Source of the DNA: Candidatus Saccharimonadota bacterium | GTDB taxonomy: Archaea > Micrarchaeota > Micrarchaeia > Micrarchaeales > Micrarchaeaceae | Assembly: GCA_963705375.1 (NCBI GenBank) | Contig: OY970071.1 | Span: 330,001-362,000 of the forward strand | DNA length: 32,000 nucleotides | Direction: 5' to 3' | In this document: one piece after another, positions 17,693 to 26,695 of the stretch | Position numbering within the stretch: position 1 is the stretch's first letter | Layout of the letters: the number at the start of each line of letters is the position of its first letter | Notes under the pieces: generated by a model | Database searches by the model: none | Told to the model about the DNA's origin: nothing | The model's input: the letters and a program-made list of their open reading frames with translations, nothing else | Made by a program: the position numbers and the translations under genes

Positions 17693-19471
17693 ATGATGAA
17701 AAAACTTGCGATATTCCTATCATTGGCGACACTTTCACTTTTCTTCTCAACTTCACTATTCAACGGCAAGCAGTATTTTTCTTTTGCAGCTTCGCTTGGT
17801 TTGATAGTTCTGGGAGGCTTGGCCGCAGTAATGTTTGTGGCACCATACACCACTAAAGAGCAAGGATGGCGCAAAGAAAGGATTCTGATAGGTGTTGCGG
17901 CGCTGTCTACGGCTTTGATTATTTGCGAATATGTTTTCGCTTACACAAACCCGATAGCGCTCGCGAGCGTGAATCAACGCAATGGAGCTGCAACGCTGAT
18001 CACCGCATGTTTATCTGCAGCCATATCCTTGTCAGGGATATACTTCGTAAGCAAGTTTGCTGAAGGCAGAAATCGAAAAGTCACCTACGCCCTTATTATT
18101 GCAGGTGCAGTCTTTATCGCGTTCATTGTTTATTTCTTAGTGGTAGGGAGAGGCTACGGCACTGGTGCTTCTGATGAATTGGCCTTTAACTACTATGCCT
18201 CACAGCTCTTCCTGAGAGGGCAGAACCCATACACAACCAGCATGCAGCCCGCGCTCTCTATGTATTACAGCGCCAGGCCGACCATAAGGCTGAATGGCAG
18301 CATAGAAGATGCATACGTGTACCCCGCATTCAGCTTTATTTCACTTGCACCTATTTCTGTCTTTGAACCGCACTCGATATCTGCGGCCTATTGGCTCACA
18401 ATCCTATTGAGCGTTTGCTCGGCATTCATAGTCTTCATAGCAGCAGGCAGGAAGGTCGAAGTGCTGCTTCCGATAGGCGTATGGCTGACGATAAACTTCT
18501 ATTTCATAACGACTTTTGTGGAGCCAATAGCAATTTCAGTGCTGCTGCTTCTCGCATATCTCAATAGAAAGAACGTGTTACGCGCAGGAGTTCTTGCAGG
18601 GTTTGCCGCAGGAACGACGCAGCTTGCATGGTTTGGCATTCCGTTTCTGCTCGTGCTTGTGCTCAGGGAGCAAGGCCGAGGCCAGTTTTCAAGACTGCTT
18701 GCAGCCGCTATCCTCACCTTCCTAGTGCTGAACAGCTACTATCTGATCGCGTCACCGAGAGCAGTCTTGTCCGATTTAATCGGGACATTCGCAGGATTGA
18801 CGGTCAACGGCACCACGCTGGTGCAGTTGCTGGTCTCATTCTATCCAGTCGCATATTCTTACGCCCTTTTCCTTTTTGTATCGTCGTTCGCGCTTCTTCT
18901 TTTGCTTTTCTATCTGCACACCGAGACACTGAAACCGCTGGCTGCAGTCGCACCATTTGCGATTTTCTTTCTCGCCTGGAGGAACCTTGTTACTTACGGA
19001 ATGCCATTCGTGCCTGTTTTGATAGCTCTGCGATACGCGCACGACGGCACCGGCTGCGAGGATATAAAAAAATACGACAAGTGGTTTGTACCTGCCTTCG
19101 TTGCGTTTGTGCTTATATCTGCAGTGCTGCTTGTATACGCCCATGCGAGTTATGAGCGCAGCAACACGCTCAAGATAAACAGCGCCGCGCTGACTGCACT
19201 AGCCTTGAAAAACGGATCAGAAGCCAACTACGTGATAATAAACATATCGAATGATGCGAACACCGAAAGAAACGTCTCCGTTTACATATACTCGATAAAT
19301 CCGTCGCTCTTCATAACAGTACCAGGCTACATGGGCCACAGTGGCGTGCCTGCAGAGTCTTACGCACTCTTCGCAGATGCATATCCGTTAGGCGTCGAGA
19401 ATAATACGCGGTTATTCATCCTTGCTTTCGCGAACGGATCAATAACGAGCAAGCACATTGACGGTAAATGA
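17693..19471 (+). CDS. Polytopic membrane protein, GT-C-type glycosyltransferase-like (DUF2029/GT87-like)
   Basis: More than 10 hydrophobic segments. First loop motif SDELAFNYYASQLFLRGQNPY resembles the D-x-x-Y...G-x-x-P-Y loop of DUF2029/GT87 enzymes. About 120 aa at the C-terminus are non-membrane. No WWDYG (AglB) motif. Confidence 0.5.
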   Translation: MMKKLAIFLSLATLSLFFSTSLFNGKQYFSFAASLGLIVLGGLAAVMFVAPYTTKEQGWRKERILIGVAALSTALIICEYVFAYTNPIALASVNQRNGAATLITACLSAAISLSGIYFVSKFAEGRNRKVTYALIIAGAVFIAFIVYFLVVGRGYGTGASDELAFNYYASQLFLRGQNPYTTSMQPALSMYYSARPTIRLNGSIEDAYVYPAFSFISLAPISVFEPHSISAAYWLTILLSVCSAFIVFIAAGRKVEVLLPIGVWLTINFYFITTFVEPIAISVLLLLAYLNRKNVLRAGVLAGFAAGTTQLAWFGIPFLLVLVLREQGRGQFSRLLAAAILTFLVLNSYYLIASPRAVLSDLIGTFAGLTVNGTTLVQLLVSFYPVAYSYALFLFVSSFALLLLLFYLHTETLKPLAAVAPFAIFFLAWRNLVTYGMPFVPVLIALRYAHDGTGCEDIKKYDKWFVPAFVAFVLISAVLLVYAHASYERSNTLKINSAALTALALKNGSEANYVIINISNDANTERNVSVYIYSINPSLFITVPGYMGHSGVPAESYALFADAYPLGVENNTRLFILAFANGSITSKHIDGK

Positions 19472-19502
19472 CCGGAATTTTGCCACAAAGTAAGGTAAAG
19501 CC

Positions 19503-19511
19503 CATCAAACC
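19503..19511. repeat. CATCAAACC copy 1 (target duplication, left of element E1)
   Basis: The same 9-mer occurs at all four junctions: 19503, 20769, 21043 and 26750. The shared string is CCATCAAACCG if the flanking bases, which could belong to the IRs, are counted. Confidence 0.8.
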
Positions 19512-19531
19512 GACTCTGGGACAAAAGTCGA

Positions 19532-19693
19532 TTACTTTGATTTCCGCACCATGACGTAAACCATCTTGCCAATGTACTCTTTAGGACAATCGATTTTTGC
19601 TCCTGTTCCGAACCGAGTTACAGGTTTCTCAAAAACAACTACAACATCGTCTCCGATTTTAAGTTTGTTCTTTATTACTTCAATTTTCCTCAT
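19532..19693 (-). CDS. Small transposon-encoded protein, DUF2080/AbrB-SpoVT-like (53 aa); below the ORF-track cutoff
   Basis: Hand translation: MRKIEVIKNKLKIGDDVVVVFEKPVTRFGTGAKIDCPKEYIGKMVYVMVRKSK. The pattern fEK.V..fG..AkI..PKeyiGK.VyV matches my memory of archaeal DUF2080. GGTGTG lies 4 nt upstream of the ATG. Confidence 0.55.
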   Translation of the reverse strand: MRKIEVIKNKLKIGDDVVVVFEKPVTRFGTGAKIDCPKEYIGKMVYVMVRKSK

Positions 19694-19756
19694 TTACCAC
19701 ACCGTATAATATATATTAATATATATTTAAATACTTTTCCTTTCAATAATAATATC

Positions 19757-20752
19757 ATGGCAAAAACCAAAAGGTTAACGAATAGACAGTTCCGAAGATT
19801 TTTCAAGGAGTTCAAGAAACTGATTGAGATTTACGGCGAAAAAACGGCAGAAAAACACACTGACTGGAAAACATATGAAGAAGAATATGCAAATAGGATA
19901 AGATATGTCGCGAAAGAGTTGAACATTCTTACAAAATCAGCAATAGACTCTATTGAGATGAAGGTATCCAAATTCGGAAGACCTGCAAAATTGTCTCTCC
20001 AACAGAAGGTGGTTGCGCTTATCCTAAAATCGATTTTCTGCAAAAACAACAGACCAATGGCCGGACTGATGTCCCTTTTTGGCGCATTTTGTGGCATTGA
20101 CATTAGTTACAAAACTGTCGAAAGGATGTATTCTGATGAACTGGTGCGAATTGTTTTGCACAACATGTTTATTCTGACGATAAAACGAAAATGTGATAAG
20201 AAAATAGATGTGAGCGGAGACGGAACGGGTTACACACTAACAGTAACGAAACATTACCGTACACAAGTCGATAAAGAAGGGTACAGGAAATTCGTGTATT
20301 CGTTCAATCTCATCGACATAAAGAATGGGTTGTACATATGTTATGGCTCGGGTATACGATCTGAAAAGGAAGCATTCGAAAATGCAATGAAGCTGCTCAG
20401 AAATGTAGAGGTGGCCACAGGGATAACAGTCAATAGTGCAAGGTTAGACAGGTACTATAGTTACCAATCAACTTTGAAGTATTTTGACGACAAAACTGTT
20501 TTGTACATAATCCCAAAGAGCAACACAACAATAAATGGCCCGTCTAGATGGAGGAAGATATTCAGACGGATGATGAAGGATCCTCTGTCCTACTTGATAG
20601 AGTACTACAAAAGGGAGAAGTCTGAGAATGGTTGGTCTGTAGATAAACGGATGGTTGGGTGGAAAATATGGCAGAAAAGAAATGACAGAATCGATACAGC
20701 AATAAGTTGTACTGCAACACTTCACAACTTATTCAGAATCGGTTATGGATGA
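19757..20752 (+). CDS. DDE transposase of E1
   Basis: VSGDGTGY, ARLDRYYS and REKSENG contexts. The block YIIPKSNTTINGPSRWRKIFRRM is homologous to YIPFKSNTTAIGGGNKARLWRRMF in the transposase at 22530-23723. Confidence 0.8.
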   Translation: MAKTKRLTNRQFRRFFKEFKKLIEIYGEKTAEKHTDWKTYEEEYANRIRYVAKELNILTKSAIDSIEMKVSKFGRPAKLSLQQKVVALILKSIFCKNNRPMAGLMSLFGAFCGIDISYKTVERMYSDELVRIVLHNMFILTIKRKCDKKIDVSGDGTGYTLTVTKHYRTQVDKEGYRKFVYSFNLIDIKNGLYICYGSGIRSEKEAFENAMKLLRNVEVATGITVNSARLDRYYSYQSTLKYFDDKTVLYIIPKSNTTINGPSRWRKIFRRMMKDPLSYLIEYYKREKSENGWSVDKRMVGWKIWQKRNDRIDTAISCTATLHNLFRIGYG

Positions 20753-20768
20753 CTTTTGTCCCAGAATC

Positions 20769-20777
20769 CATCAAACC
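20769..20777. repeat. CATCAAACC copy 2 (between E1 and E2)
   Basis: It directly abuts the IRR of E1 and the IRL of E2. Confidence 0.8.
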
Positions 20778-21042
20778 GAGTCTGGGACATAAGTCAACCA
20801 TTATTTTGGCACTCTACCTTTTCAGGTCTTCTATATTATCTCTGCCAAAATCTTTATCGTTTTGCATCCAAATTATATTGACCAGAGCAAGGCGGATCAG
20901 TAATAATGTCCGTTCTGTCGTCAAAGAACGATAGAAAAAGGCCGTTTAGACCGAGTGAATCCAAAAGGCATCTTAAAACAGCAAGTAGCCTTTTCTATTC
21001 TGGTTCTTATCTAGGAGTGAGAAGGACTTTTGTCCCAGAGTC
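20778..21042. mobile_element. MITE E2 (265 bp, non-autonomous relative of E1)
   Basis: IRL is GAGTCTGGGACATAAGTC. The reverse complement of IRR is GACTCTGGGACAAAAGTC (16/18, and identical to the IRL of E1). No credible ORF. Flanked by CATCAAACC. Confidence 0.8.
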
Positions 21043-21051
21043 CATCAAACC
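21043..21051. repeat. CATCAAACC copy 3 (between E2 and E3)
   Basis: It directly abuts the IRR of E2 and the IRL of E3. Confidence 0.8.
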
Positions 21052-21076
21052 GGCTTTGTGTAAAAAGGTGTGAAAA

Positions 21077-22078
21077 ATGATGGGTTCTTACACAATAAAA
21101 GGCGTTTTTACACAAAAATATGCTCTCTATCTTTATGCATCCAATACAAACCTTTTTAATAATCTCATCAGAAGTAGATATATGGTAGACAGTAAATTCT
21201 ATTACTATAGGATGTGGTGCAAAGATTATAAATTCAATAAAGACCTCAGTAATTTAGCTGCGAAACAAAATTGGCAAGAAAATACTAAAAAATACAAGAT
21301 ACCTCATGAGGATGGGACTTTAGAGGAAATCGCCATAGAAAAAGTTGATGATAGATATTTTGGCAAAATAATGAAAACAAAACCCAAAAAGCAACATTTT
21401 GGCAAAAATGAGGGGGAAGTTAAAGTCGGAGAGCTAAAAACAAAATTTGAATTGGTTGGAGAGAAAGAAAGAGATATAACATATTTTGCGTTTTTACCTT
21501 ATAAATTAAAAGACCTATTATTTTTAACAGAGATTCACTCTGGAAATAGGGGTATGAATACAATTAAAGAGTTCTTTAATAAATGCATGCCATCAACTTA
21601 TGAATTTAAATCTGAGCCACTTAAAACCCCCAAATTACTTGATTTGAAAAAATTTGCACCAAGAGAAATTAAAAAGATTCTACTCACGTATAAACGGGAT
21701 GTTCCAGAAGGCATACCTGTTGAAGATGCAATCAAAAAACTTAGGATTGAAGAAGATTGGCAAGTTATTGTTGGGGCAAAGATTAGATTGCAAAGAAAAA
21801 AACAGAATGTTTTTGTCACTCTTGACAACGCATTTAAAACGCTTTTTGGAAATGCATTAACTTCGGCAATCGATGAAGGGGTTGACCTTCCTAATATCCT
21901 ATCTAACATAGGTGTTGCTTTCAAAGAAGACAAAAGTAATAGAACACAGGATATTTTGAAAGACTATGAGAGGGAAGTGATATATCTGCAAAAGGGTAAT
22001 TTGAATGATGCGCAAATTAGTGATACTCTATTTGAAAAACTTACTACAAAACTAAAAGAGTTGGAGAAACATGGATAG
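21077..22078 (+). CDS. Hypothetical protein, 333 aa, Lys-rich, soluble, no recognisable domain
   Basis: Long ORF. GGTGTG lies 4 nt upstream of the ATG at 21077. An alternative ATG at 21182 has a TTTTAATAA box about 25 bp upstream. The stop overlaps the next ORF's start. Confidence 0.65.
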   Translation: MMGSYTIKGVFTQKYALYLYASNTNLFNNLIRSRYMVDSKFYYYRMWCKDYKFNKDLSNLAAKQNWQENTKKYKIPHEDGTLEEIAIEKVDDRYFGKIMKTKPKKQHFGKNEGEVKVGELKTKFELVGEKERDITYFAFLPYKLKDLLFLTEIHSGNRGMNTIKEFFNKCMPSTYEFKSEPLKTPKLLDLKKFAPREIKKILLTYKRDVPEGIPVEDAIKKLRIEEDWQVIVGAKIRLQRKKQNVFVTLDNAFKTLFGNALTSAIDEGVDLPNILSNIGVAFKEDKSNRTQDILKDYEREVIYLQKGNLNDAQISDTLFEKLTTKLKELEKHG

Positions 22079-22544
22079 CCGTTCAGTATTTGCTGATTTT
22101 ATATACACCTTAATTATCGTGAGTATATACTTTTTGATAATGTTTTACGGAGTTCATAATTCCAGTCCATTCTCATATTTACAAGATACTTCTGTAGTGT
22201 CCTCATTAATCATAATTATCACTTCGATATTGGGCGTTATTGCAGTTATAATTACATTATTCTCCGTTTTTGAAGAAGCATTCAAAAATAACGAGATTAT
22301 CAAAGCATTAAAGAAAAGAAACGATTTTATTCAGATTTTTAAAAGATATAGTGATTCTATTTTTGTTATGTTTTTTTCAATTATTGTGATAATTATTACT
22401 TGGATTGCATCCAACAATTTGAAACAATTAGCACCTTATCTATTACCAATAATGACTTTTGCCATAATCATCTCTTTTATTAGGACGTATAGATGCTTTA
22501 AAATATTCAAATTATTGACTGATGCAATCTCAGATAGTAGATGA
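22071..22544 (+). CDS. Small membrane protein, 157 aa, four predicted TM helices
   Basis: Hydrophobic segments: FADFIYTLIIVSIYFLIMFYGV, VVSSLIIIITSILGVIAVIITLFSVF, SIFVMFFSIIVIIITWIA, LAPYLLPIMTFAIIISFI. ATG at 22071 overlaps the upstream TAG (ATGGATAG), with GGAG upstream. Confidence 0.65.
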   Translation: MDSRSVFADFIYTLIIVSIYFLIMFYGVHNSSPFSYLQDTSVVSSLIIIITSILGVIAVIITLFSVFEEAFKNNEIIKALKKRNDFIQIFKRYSDSIFVMFFSIIVIIITWIASNNLKQLAPYLLPIMTFAIIISFIRTYRCFKIFKLLTDAISDSR

Positions 22545-23723
22545 ACTTTGAATTTCGTTGTTCACAATTACAATATTATGGCACAGCACTTTCAGCAACA
22601 ACTCATTAATCTGTGCCGTTTCTGTTTTGCTTCTTATAAGGTCGCTAAACTTTGCCTTTATCATACTGAATGTGCTCTCCACATTAGACCTTAGATGATA
22701 GTGGTTCAGAAATTCCTCTTGCTTTAACTGATAATACCAAAACATTCTGCGCCACAACCTTGCCTTGTTGCCACCACCTATTGCGGTTGTGTTGCTCTTG
22801 AAAGGGATATACGCCTGTCCGCCTATCTGTTGCACGGCGTTGTAGTTGGCAATTGAGGAATACGCCTTATCTGCCGAGACCTCGTTCATTATGAAGCCAG
22901 CGTCAAAAGTAGCATTTACAAGAGGTATAAACTTAGGGCAGTCCGCACCTTGACCTATCTCTGCCTCTACTCCAGTTATGATATTGGTTTTAACTCCTGT
23001 AATTATGTGTGCCTTAATCCAAACATGCTCTTTCTTCAGGTGGTGCTTCTCCCTGCAATAGTCGTTGAAGTGTGTAGTCCTAAAACCGCTACTGTCTACT
23101 GCGAATTTGTCCTCAACGTTTCTTAGGGGCAAGGACGATATTTGTATGAGCCTTGACAGAATTGGTGTTAATTCTGGCTTCTGTATGAAATGACCCACAG
23201 AAGCGAAGCAAGGCTTAGAAGATACAAGACTCTTATCCCTCGCTGTGCTAAGGTCGCTCATAAACCTGCGAAGTGAGAACTGGCTATACACCTTCAAAGC
23301 TGATGCAAAGATGAGGTCTCTATAACTAGTCTTGGGGCGTCCTGTTTCACTCTGCATAGGCTCTGGCACTTCTTGGCACAGGTCTTTCAGCAATTCCATA
23401 AACTTGGTCTTTTCCTGCTCCTGATTTATGTTGTAGTTGTGCCAGTCTTGCGGATAAACTTTCTTCTTTATCGTTATCGTGGTTTCATTACCTTGCTTGT
23501 CAAACCATTTGAGGACTATGGTCATTACGGCGTAGACGTGCTTGCACGGCTGTTGCCTCAATTCATAGTCAGGGCAGTTGCACTTGAAGCCACCTTCAAG
23601 ACTTCTGCTTACCGTATAAGTGCCTCTGCCTGACTGACTCGGCACTATCCAGTTGTAAGCATCCTTTTTCTGTATTTGGCGCATCTGTGCTATCTGTTGT
23701 CCTTTCAATCTTCGTTCATCCAT
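22530..23723 (-). CDS. SWIM zinc-finger + DDE transposase of E3
   Basis: SWIM motif CNCPDYELRQQPCKH. DDE contexts FAVDSSGF, VSADKAYSS, HLRSNVESTF. ATG at 23723 is preceded by GGTGTGCAA; the track start at 23729 is a GTG. Confidence 0.85.
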   Translation of the reverse strand: MDERRLKGQQIAQMRQIQKKDAYNWIVPSQSGRGTYTVSRSLEGGFKCNCPDYELRQQPCKHVYAVMTIVLKWFDKQGNETTITIKKKVYPQDWHNYNINQEQEKTKFMELLKDLCQEVPEPMQSETGRPKTSYRDLIFASALKVYSQFSLRRFMSDLSTARDKSLVSSKPCFASVGHFIQKPELTPILSRLIQISSLPLRNVEDKFAVDSSGFRTTHFNDYCREKHHLKKEHVWIKAHIITGVKTNIITGVEAEIGQGADCPKFIPLVNATFDAGFIMNEVSADKAYSSIANYNAVQQIGGQAYIPFKSNTTAIGGGNKARLWRRMFWYYQLKQEEFLNHYHLRSNVESTFSMIKAKFSDLIRSKTETAQINELLLKVLCHNIVIVNNEIQSSSTI

Positions 23724-23736
23724 TTGCACACCTTAC

Positions 23737-23795
23737 ATATCATACATATAATATATATTATATAGCAAAGGTATTTATACCTATGTGTATGATAT
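23737..23795. promoter_or_regulatory. Divergent promoter region with a 12-bp inverted repeat (ATATCATACATA ... TGTGTATGATAT)
   Basis: The arms at 23737-23748 and 23784-23795 match 11/12 as an inverted repeat. They lie between the transposase and the RHH/RM genes. A TATTTATA box sits at about 23773-23780. Confidence 0.4.
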
Positions 23796-23802
23796 ATATA
23801 AT

Positions 23803-23964
23803 ATGGTAAAAGCAAAAAAACGCGAGGACAAAGCAGTCGCCAAATCCATTACCATAACGATAAGGCATCAGCTATTCATAGAAGCCCGAAGCATAAATCT
23901 ATCTAAATTTGTTCAGAAGAAGTTAGACGAGGAAATAGAACTGCAAAAATGGACAGAAGGTTAG
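23803..23964 (+). CDS. Ribbon-helix-helix (CopG/Arc-like) small DNA-binding protein, 53 aa; below the ORF-track cutoff
   Basis: Hand translation: MVKAKKREDKAVAKSITITIRHQLFIEARSINLSKFVQKKLDEEIELQKWTEG. A beta-strand (ITITI) followed by two helices is the RHH pattern. It ends 4 nt before the RM gene's ATG. Confidence 0.6.
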   Translation: MVKAKKREDKAVAKSITITIRHQLFIEARSINLSKFVQKKLDEEIELQKWTEG

Positions 23965-23968
23965 ATTG

Positions 23969-26695
23969 ATGGACAAAGAGCTTCTAAAGAAGAACCTTAT
24001 CAAGAAGATTGAGGACTTCGATAGTAAAGACCATGATGGGGAATCTGAAAGGGATGTATGCAGAGCGTACATAGAACCACTTTTTTCTTATCTCGGCTGG
24101 GACATGAGTAATACGGATGAGGTAAAAGAGCAAAAGAACGAACCAGAGGGAAGACCAGATTATATTTTTTATCTGAATGGTAGTATTGCACTTTTCTTGG
24201 AAACAAAGAAAGTCAAAACGATTGATGAAGCTGACATAAAGCAAGCCCTAAACTATGGCAGAAGCCGAAATAAACGCTGGTCTGTTCTATCTAATTTTGA
24301 AGAAACAATAATCTTGATATGTGATACTAAAGAAACATCTCTATCGAATCATATCTTTAGGCGCATTTCCTATAAGAAAATGACTGAAGACTTAGACAGT
24401 TTGCTATTGCTATCAAGAGAAAGTTTTGAAACTGGTTTTATAGATTCTAAAGCGCAAGATGAAGGAAGGATAAAGAAAACCATCAGAATAGATGAAGAAC
24501 TACTTAACGACATTTTGCTTTGGAGAAAAGAGCTTATAAAGTCCATAAAGACCGAAAACAAAAAGCAATACTCAAAAGAAACATTAGAAGAAATAGCTCA
24601 GATACTACTCAATCGCATAATATTCATAAGAACAGTAGAAGATAGACGGATAGAAGCACAACCAGACGAAACTATAAAATCTATCCTAAATCAGTATGAA
24701 AATAACAAATCTGTAAAAATCAAGGATAAACTAAACAAACTGTTTGAAGAATACGATAAGACCTATGACAGTAAACTATTCACTTACGATGAGCATAATT
24801 TCGGGAATAGGCATGAAAGCGAGAAAGTAGAGATAGACAATAAAACATATTATAAGATACTAAAAGAGACTTACGAGAAGAACGAGATTTACTCGTACAA
24901 GTTCGGGGATATTGATGCAGATATTCTTGGAGATATGTATGAACGGTATATAGGAAATATAGATGAGTTTAGAAAGAAACAAGGAATTTATTATACACCT
25001 ACTTGGGTAGTAGATTACATAGTAAATAATACAATCGGGCTTATGTTTGGCAATAAGTCTAAAAAAACAATTTCAGAACTGAAAATATTGGATATGGCTT
25101 GCGGTTCTGGGTCATTTCTCCTAAAGGCTTTTGACAGTTTTAATGACCATTACAAATTAAACAGAAAGAAATATTTTCAGTCTGGTCTGGATTTAATTAG
25201 CGAATCTTCAATAATAACACAAAAAACTAAGATACTAAAAGAGCACATATTCGGCGTAGACCTTGACGTAAAAGCAGTAGAGATTGCACAACTAAACCTA
25301 TTGTTGAAGATAGCAGAAACAAAACATAGATTGCCTGATTTGAAGAATAATATAAAGCAAGGAAACTCATTAGTTGAGGACAAGAACGTTGATACCGAAT
25401 ATGCTTTTGACTGGGAAAGTAATTTCAAAGAGATAATGGATAATGGTAGATTTGACATAGTAATAGGTAATCCACCATACTCCTTTACCAGAGATGCTGA
25501 TTTTACAGACTTAGTAAAAGAGTATGCTAATGAGCATTATTTCAAAGGGTTAGATTCAGTATCTAAGGGTCATGCAAGGCAGTCAGGAAAAATCAATTTA
25601 TATTCCCTATTCTTAATTAGAGGAATTCAATTACTAAAAGAAAACGGCGTATTAGGATTTATCATACCAAATAATCTACTGAGAACTACAACCTATGACA
25701 TAATAAGAGAATTTATATTGAAGAACTGCAAGATATTGCAGATAGTAGATTTAGGTGCGGGAGTTTTTGAGAATGCAACAGTAGCGACCACAATAATTAT
25801 ACTTCAAAAAGAGAAAAGCCAAATCAAAAGAAATAGAAATAAAGTATCAATAATATATGACGTAGTTAATTTTGACTTGTCGAACAAGAAGTATAAAACT
25901 CATACAGTCGGGCAAAATGAGTTTTTAGAGAATACAAGCCATGCTTTCAACATAACATCAGATAAAGAAGCAACAGAATTGCTTAATACGGTGGGCAAAA
26001 ATTCCAAACTATTGGGCGATATAACCACAATTCATGCTGGTGGGATTGCAACAGGTTCAAATAAGAAAGAAATGATACTTGATTATCCTAAAAACTCTAA
26101 ATACAAACCCATGTTAGAAGGAAAGGACATAAAACCATTTCTTGCAGAGTTCTCTAATAGATATATCTTATATGACAGAGAAAAATTGAGGAGAGCGAGG
26201 GACGAAAATATATTCTTAAGTTCGGAGAAGGTAATAACCCAGAGAATTGGAGGAGGGAAACGGGTTATTGTTGCTTCTTATGATGACAAACAGTACTATA
26301 CGTTTAATTCTACTAATTCCATTCTTCAGAAAGATAAGGAATATTCACTAAAATACATAACAGCGTTGCTAAATTCTAATCTTCTTAACTATTATTATGT
26401 TAATAAATTTACAAATGAATCTATGCTGACGGTTAATATATCCAAAACCTTTTTAGAGAACCTACCAATCAAGAGGGTAGATGAATCCAAACAAAACCCT
26501 TTCATAAAATTAGTAGATGAAATTTTGGAATTATCCAAAACTATGAATAAGGATTATAATACTAATTCGGGGATAGAAAACAGAGACAAGATAGTGGCAA
26601 AGATGGATGCAATAAATGAATTGGTATACGACTTATATGGTTTAACAGAAACCCAAAAGAAACTTGTAAAAGCATGGATAGGTGTCGGAAAATGA
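23969..26695 (+). CDS. Type IIG restriction-modification enzyme (PD-ExK nuclease fused to an N6-adenine gamma-class methyltransferase and a specificity domain)
   Basis: N-terminal nuclease motif RPDYIF...ALFLETKK (PD...ExK). SAM motif I LDMACGSGSFLL. Catalytic motif IV IGNPPY. A long C-terminal region plausibly recognises the target. Eco57I/MmeI-like architecture. Confidence 0.85.
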   Translation: MDKELLKKNLIKKIEDFDSKDHDGESERDVCRAYIEPLFSYLGWDMSNTDEVKEQKNEPEGRPDYIFYLNGSIALFLETKKVKTIDEADIKQALNYGRSRNKRWSVLSNFEETIILICDTKETSLSNHIFRRISYKKMTEDLDSLLLLSRESFETGFIDSKAQDEGRIKKTIRIDEELLNDILLWRKELIKSIKTENKKQYSKETLEEIAQILLNRIIFIRTVEDRRIEAQPDETIKSILNQYENNKSVKIKDKLNKLFEEYDKTYDSKLFTYDEHNFGNRHESEKVEIDNKTYYKILKETYEKNEIYSYKFGDIDADILGDMYERYIGNIDEFRKKQGIYYTPTWVVDYIVNNTIGLMFGNKSKKTISELKILDMACGSGSFLLKAFDSFNDHYKLNRKKYFQSGLDLISESSIITQKTKILKEHIFGVDLDVKAVEIAQLNLLLKIAETKHRLPDLKNNIKQGNSLVEDKNVDTEYAFDWESNFKEIMDNGRFDIVIGNPPYSFTRDADFTDLVKEYANEHYFKGLDSVSKGHARQSGKINLYSLFLIRGIQLLKENGVLGFIIPNNLLRTTTYDIIREFILKNCKILQIVDLGAGVFENATVATTIIILQKEKSQIKRNRNKVSIIYDVVNFDLSNKKYKTHTVGQNEFLENTSHAFNITSDKEATELLNTVGKNSKLLGDITTIHAGGIATGSNKKEMILDYPKNSKYKPMLEGKDIKPFLAEFSNRYILYDREKLRRARDENIFLSSEKVITQRIGGGKRVIVASYDDKQYYTFNSTNSILQKDKEYSLKYITALLNSNLLNYYYVNKFTNESMLTVNISKTFLENLPIKRVDESKQNPFIKLVDEILELSKTMNKDYNTNSGIENRDKIVAKMDAINELVYDLYGLTETQKKLVKAWIGVGK

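Larger units (their letters stand above)
19512..20768 (+). mobile_element. IS element E1 (IS5 family, IS903-like), 1257 bp, two divergent ORFs
   Basis: IRL is GACTCTGGGACAAAAGTC. The reverse complement of IRR is GATTCTGGGACAAAAGTC (17/18). It is flanked by CATCAAACC. Both ORFs end at or within the IRs. Confidence 0.85.

Noticed and set aside
19360-19572. 70-aa minus-strand ORF spanning the end of the GT-C gene and the E1 left junction.
   Set aside because: It crosses the chromosome/TSD/IR boundary, overlaps two better-supported features, and has no start context.
20707-20934. 75-aa plus-strand ORF running from E1 into the MITE E2.
   Set aside because: It reads across an IR, a TSD copy and a second IR, and overlaps the transposase 3' end in another frame. 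It is almost certainly fortuitous.
21077-22544. Calling the pair a Kiwa-like system (four-TM KwaA plus KwaB).
   Set aside because: Only the crude architecture is similar. The gene order is reversed, and I cannot recognise any KwaB/DUF4868 sequence feature from memory. The pair is left as uncharacterised.
22480-23810. The SWIM-DDE transposase as an independent IS nested inside E3.
   Set aside because: I compared both flanks (22480-22560 and 23724-23810) for inverted repeats or a duplication and found none. The 3' end overlaps the four-TM ORF by 15 nt. The only good IRs are the outer E3 termini.
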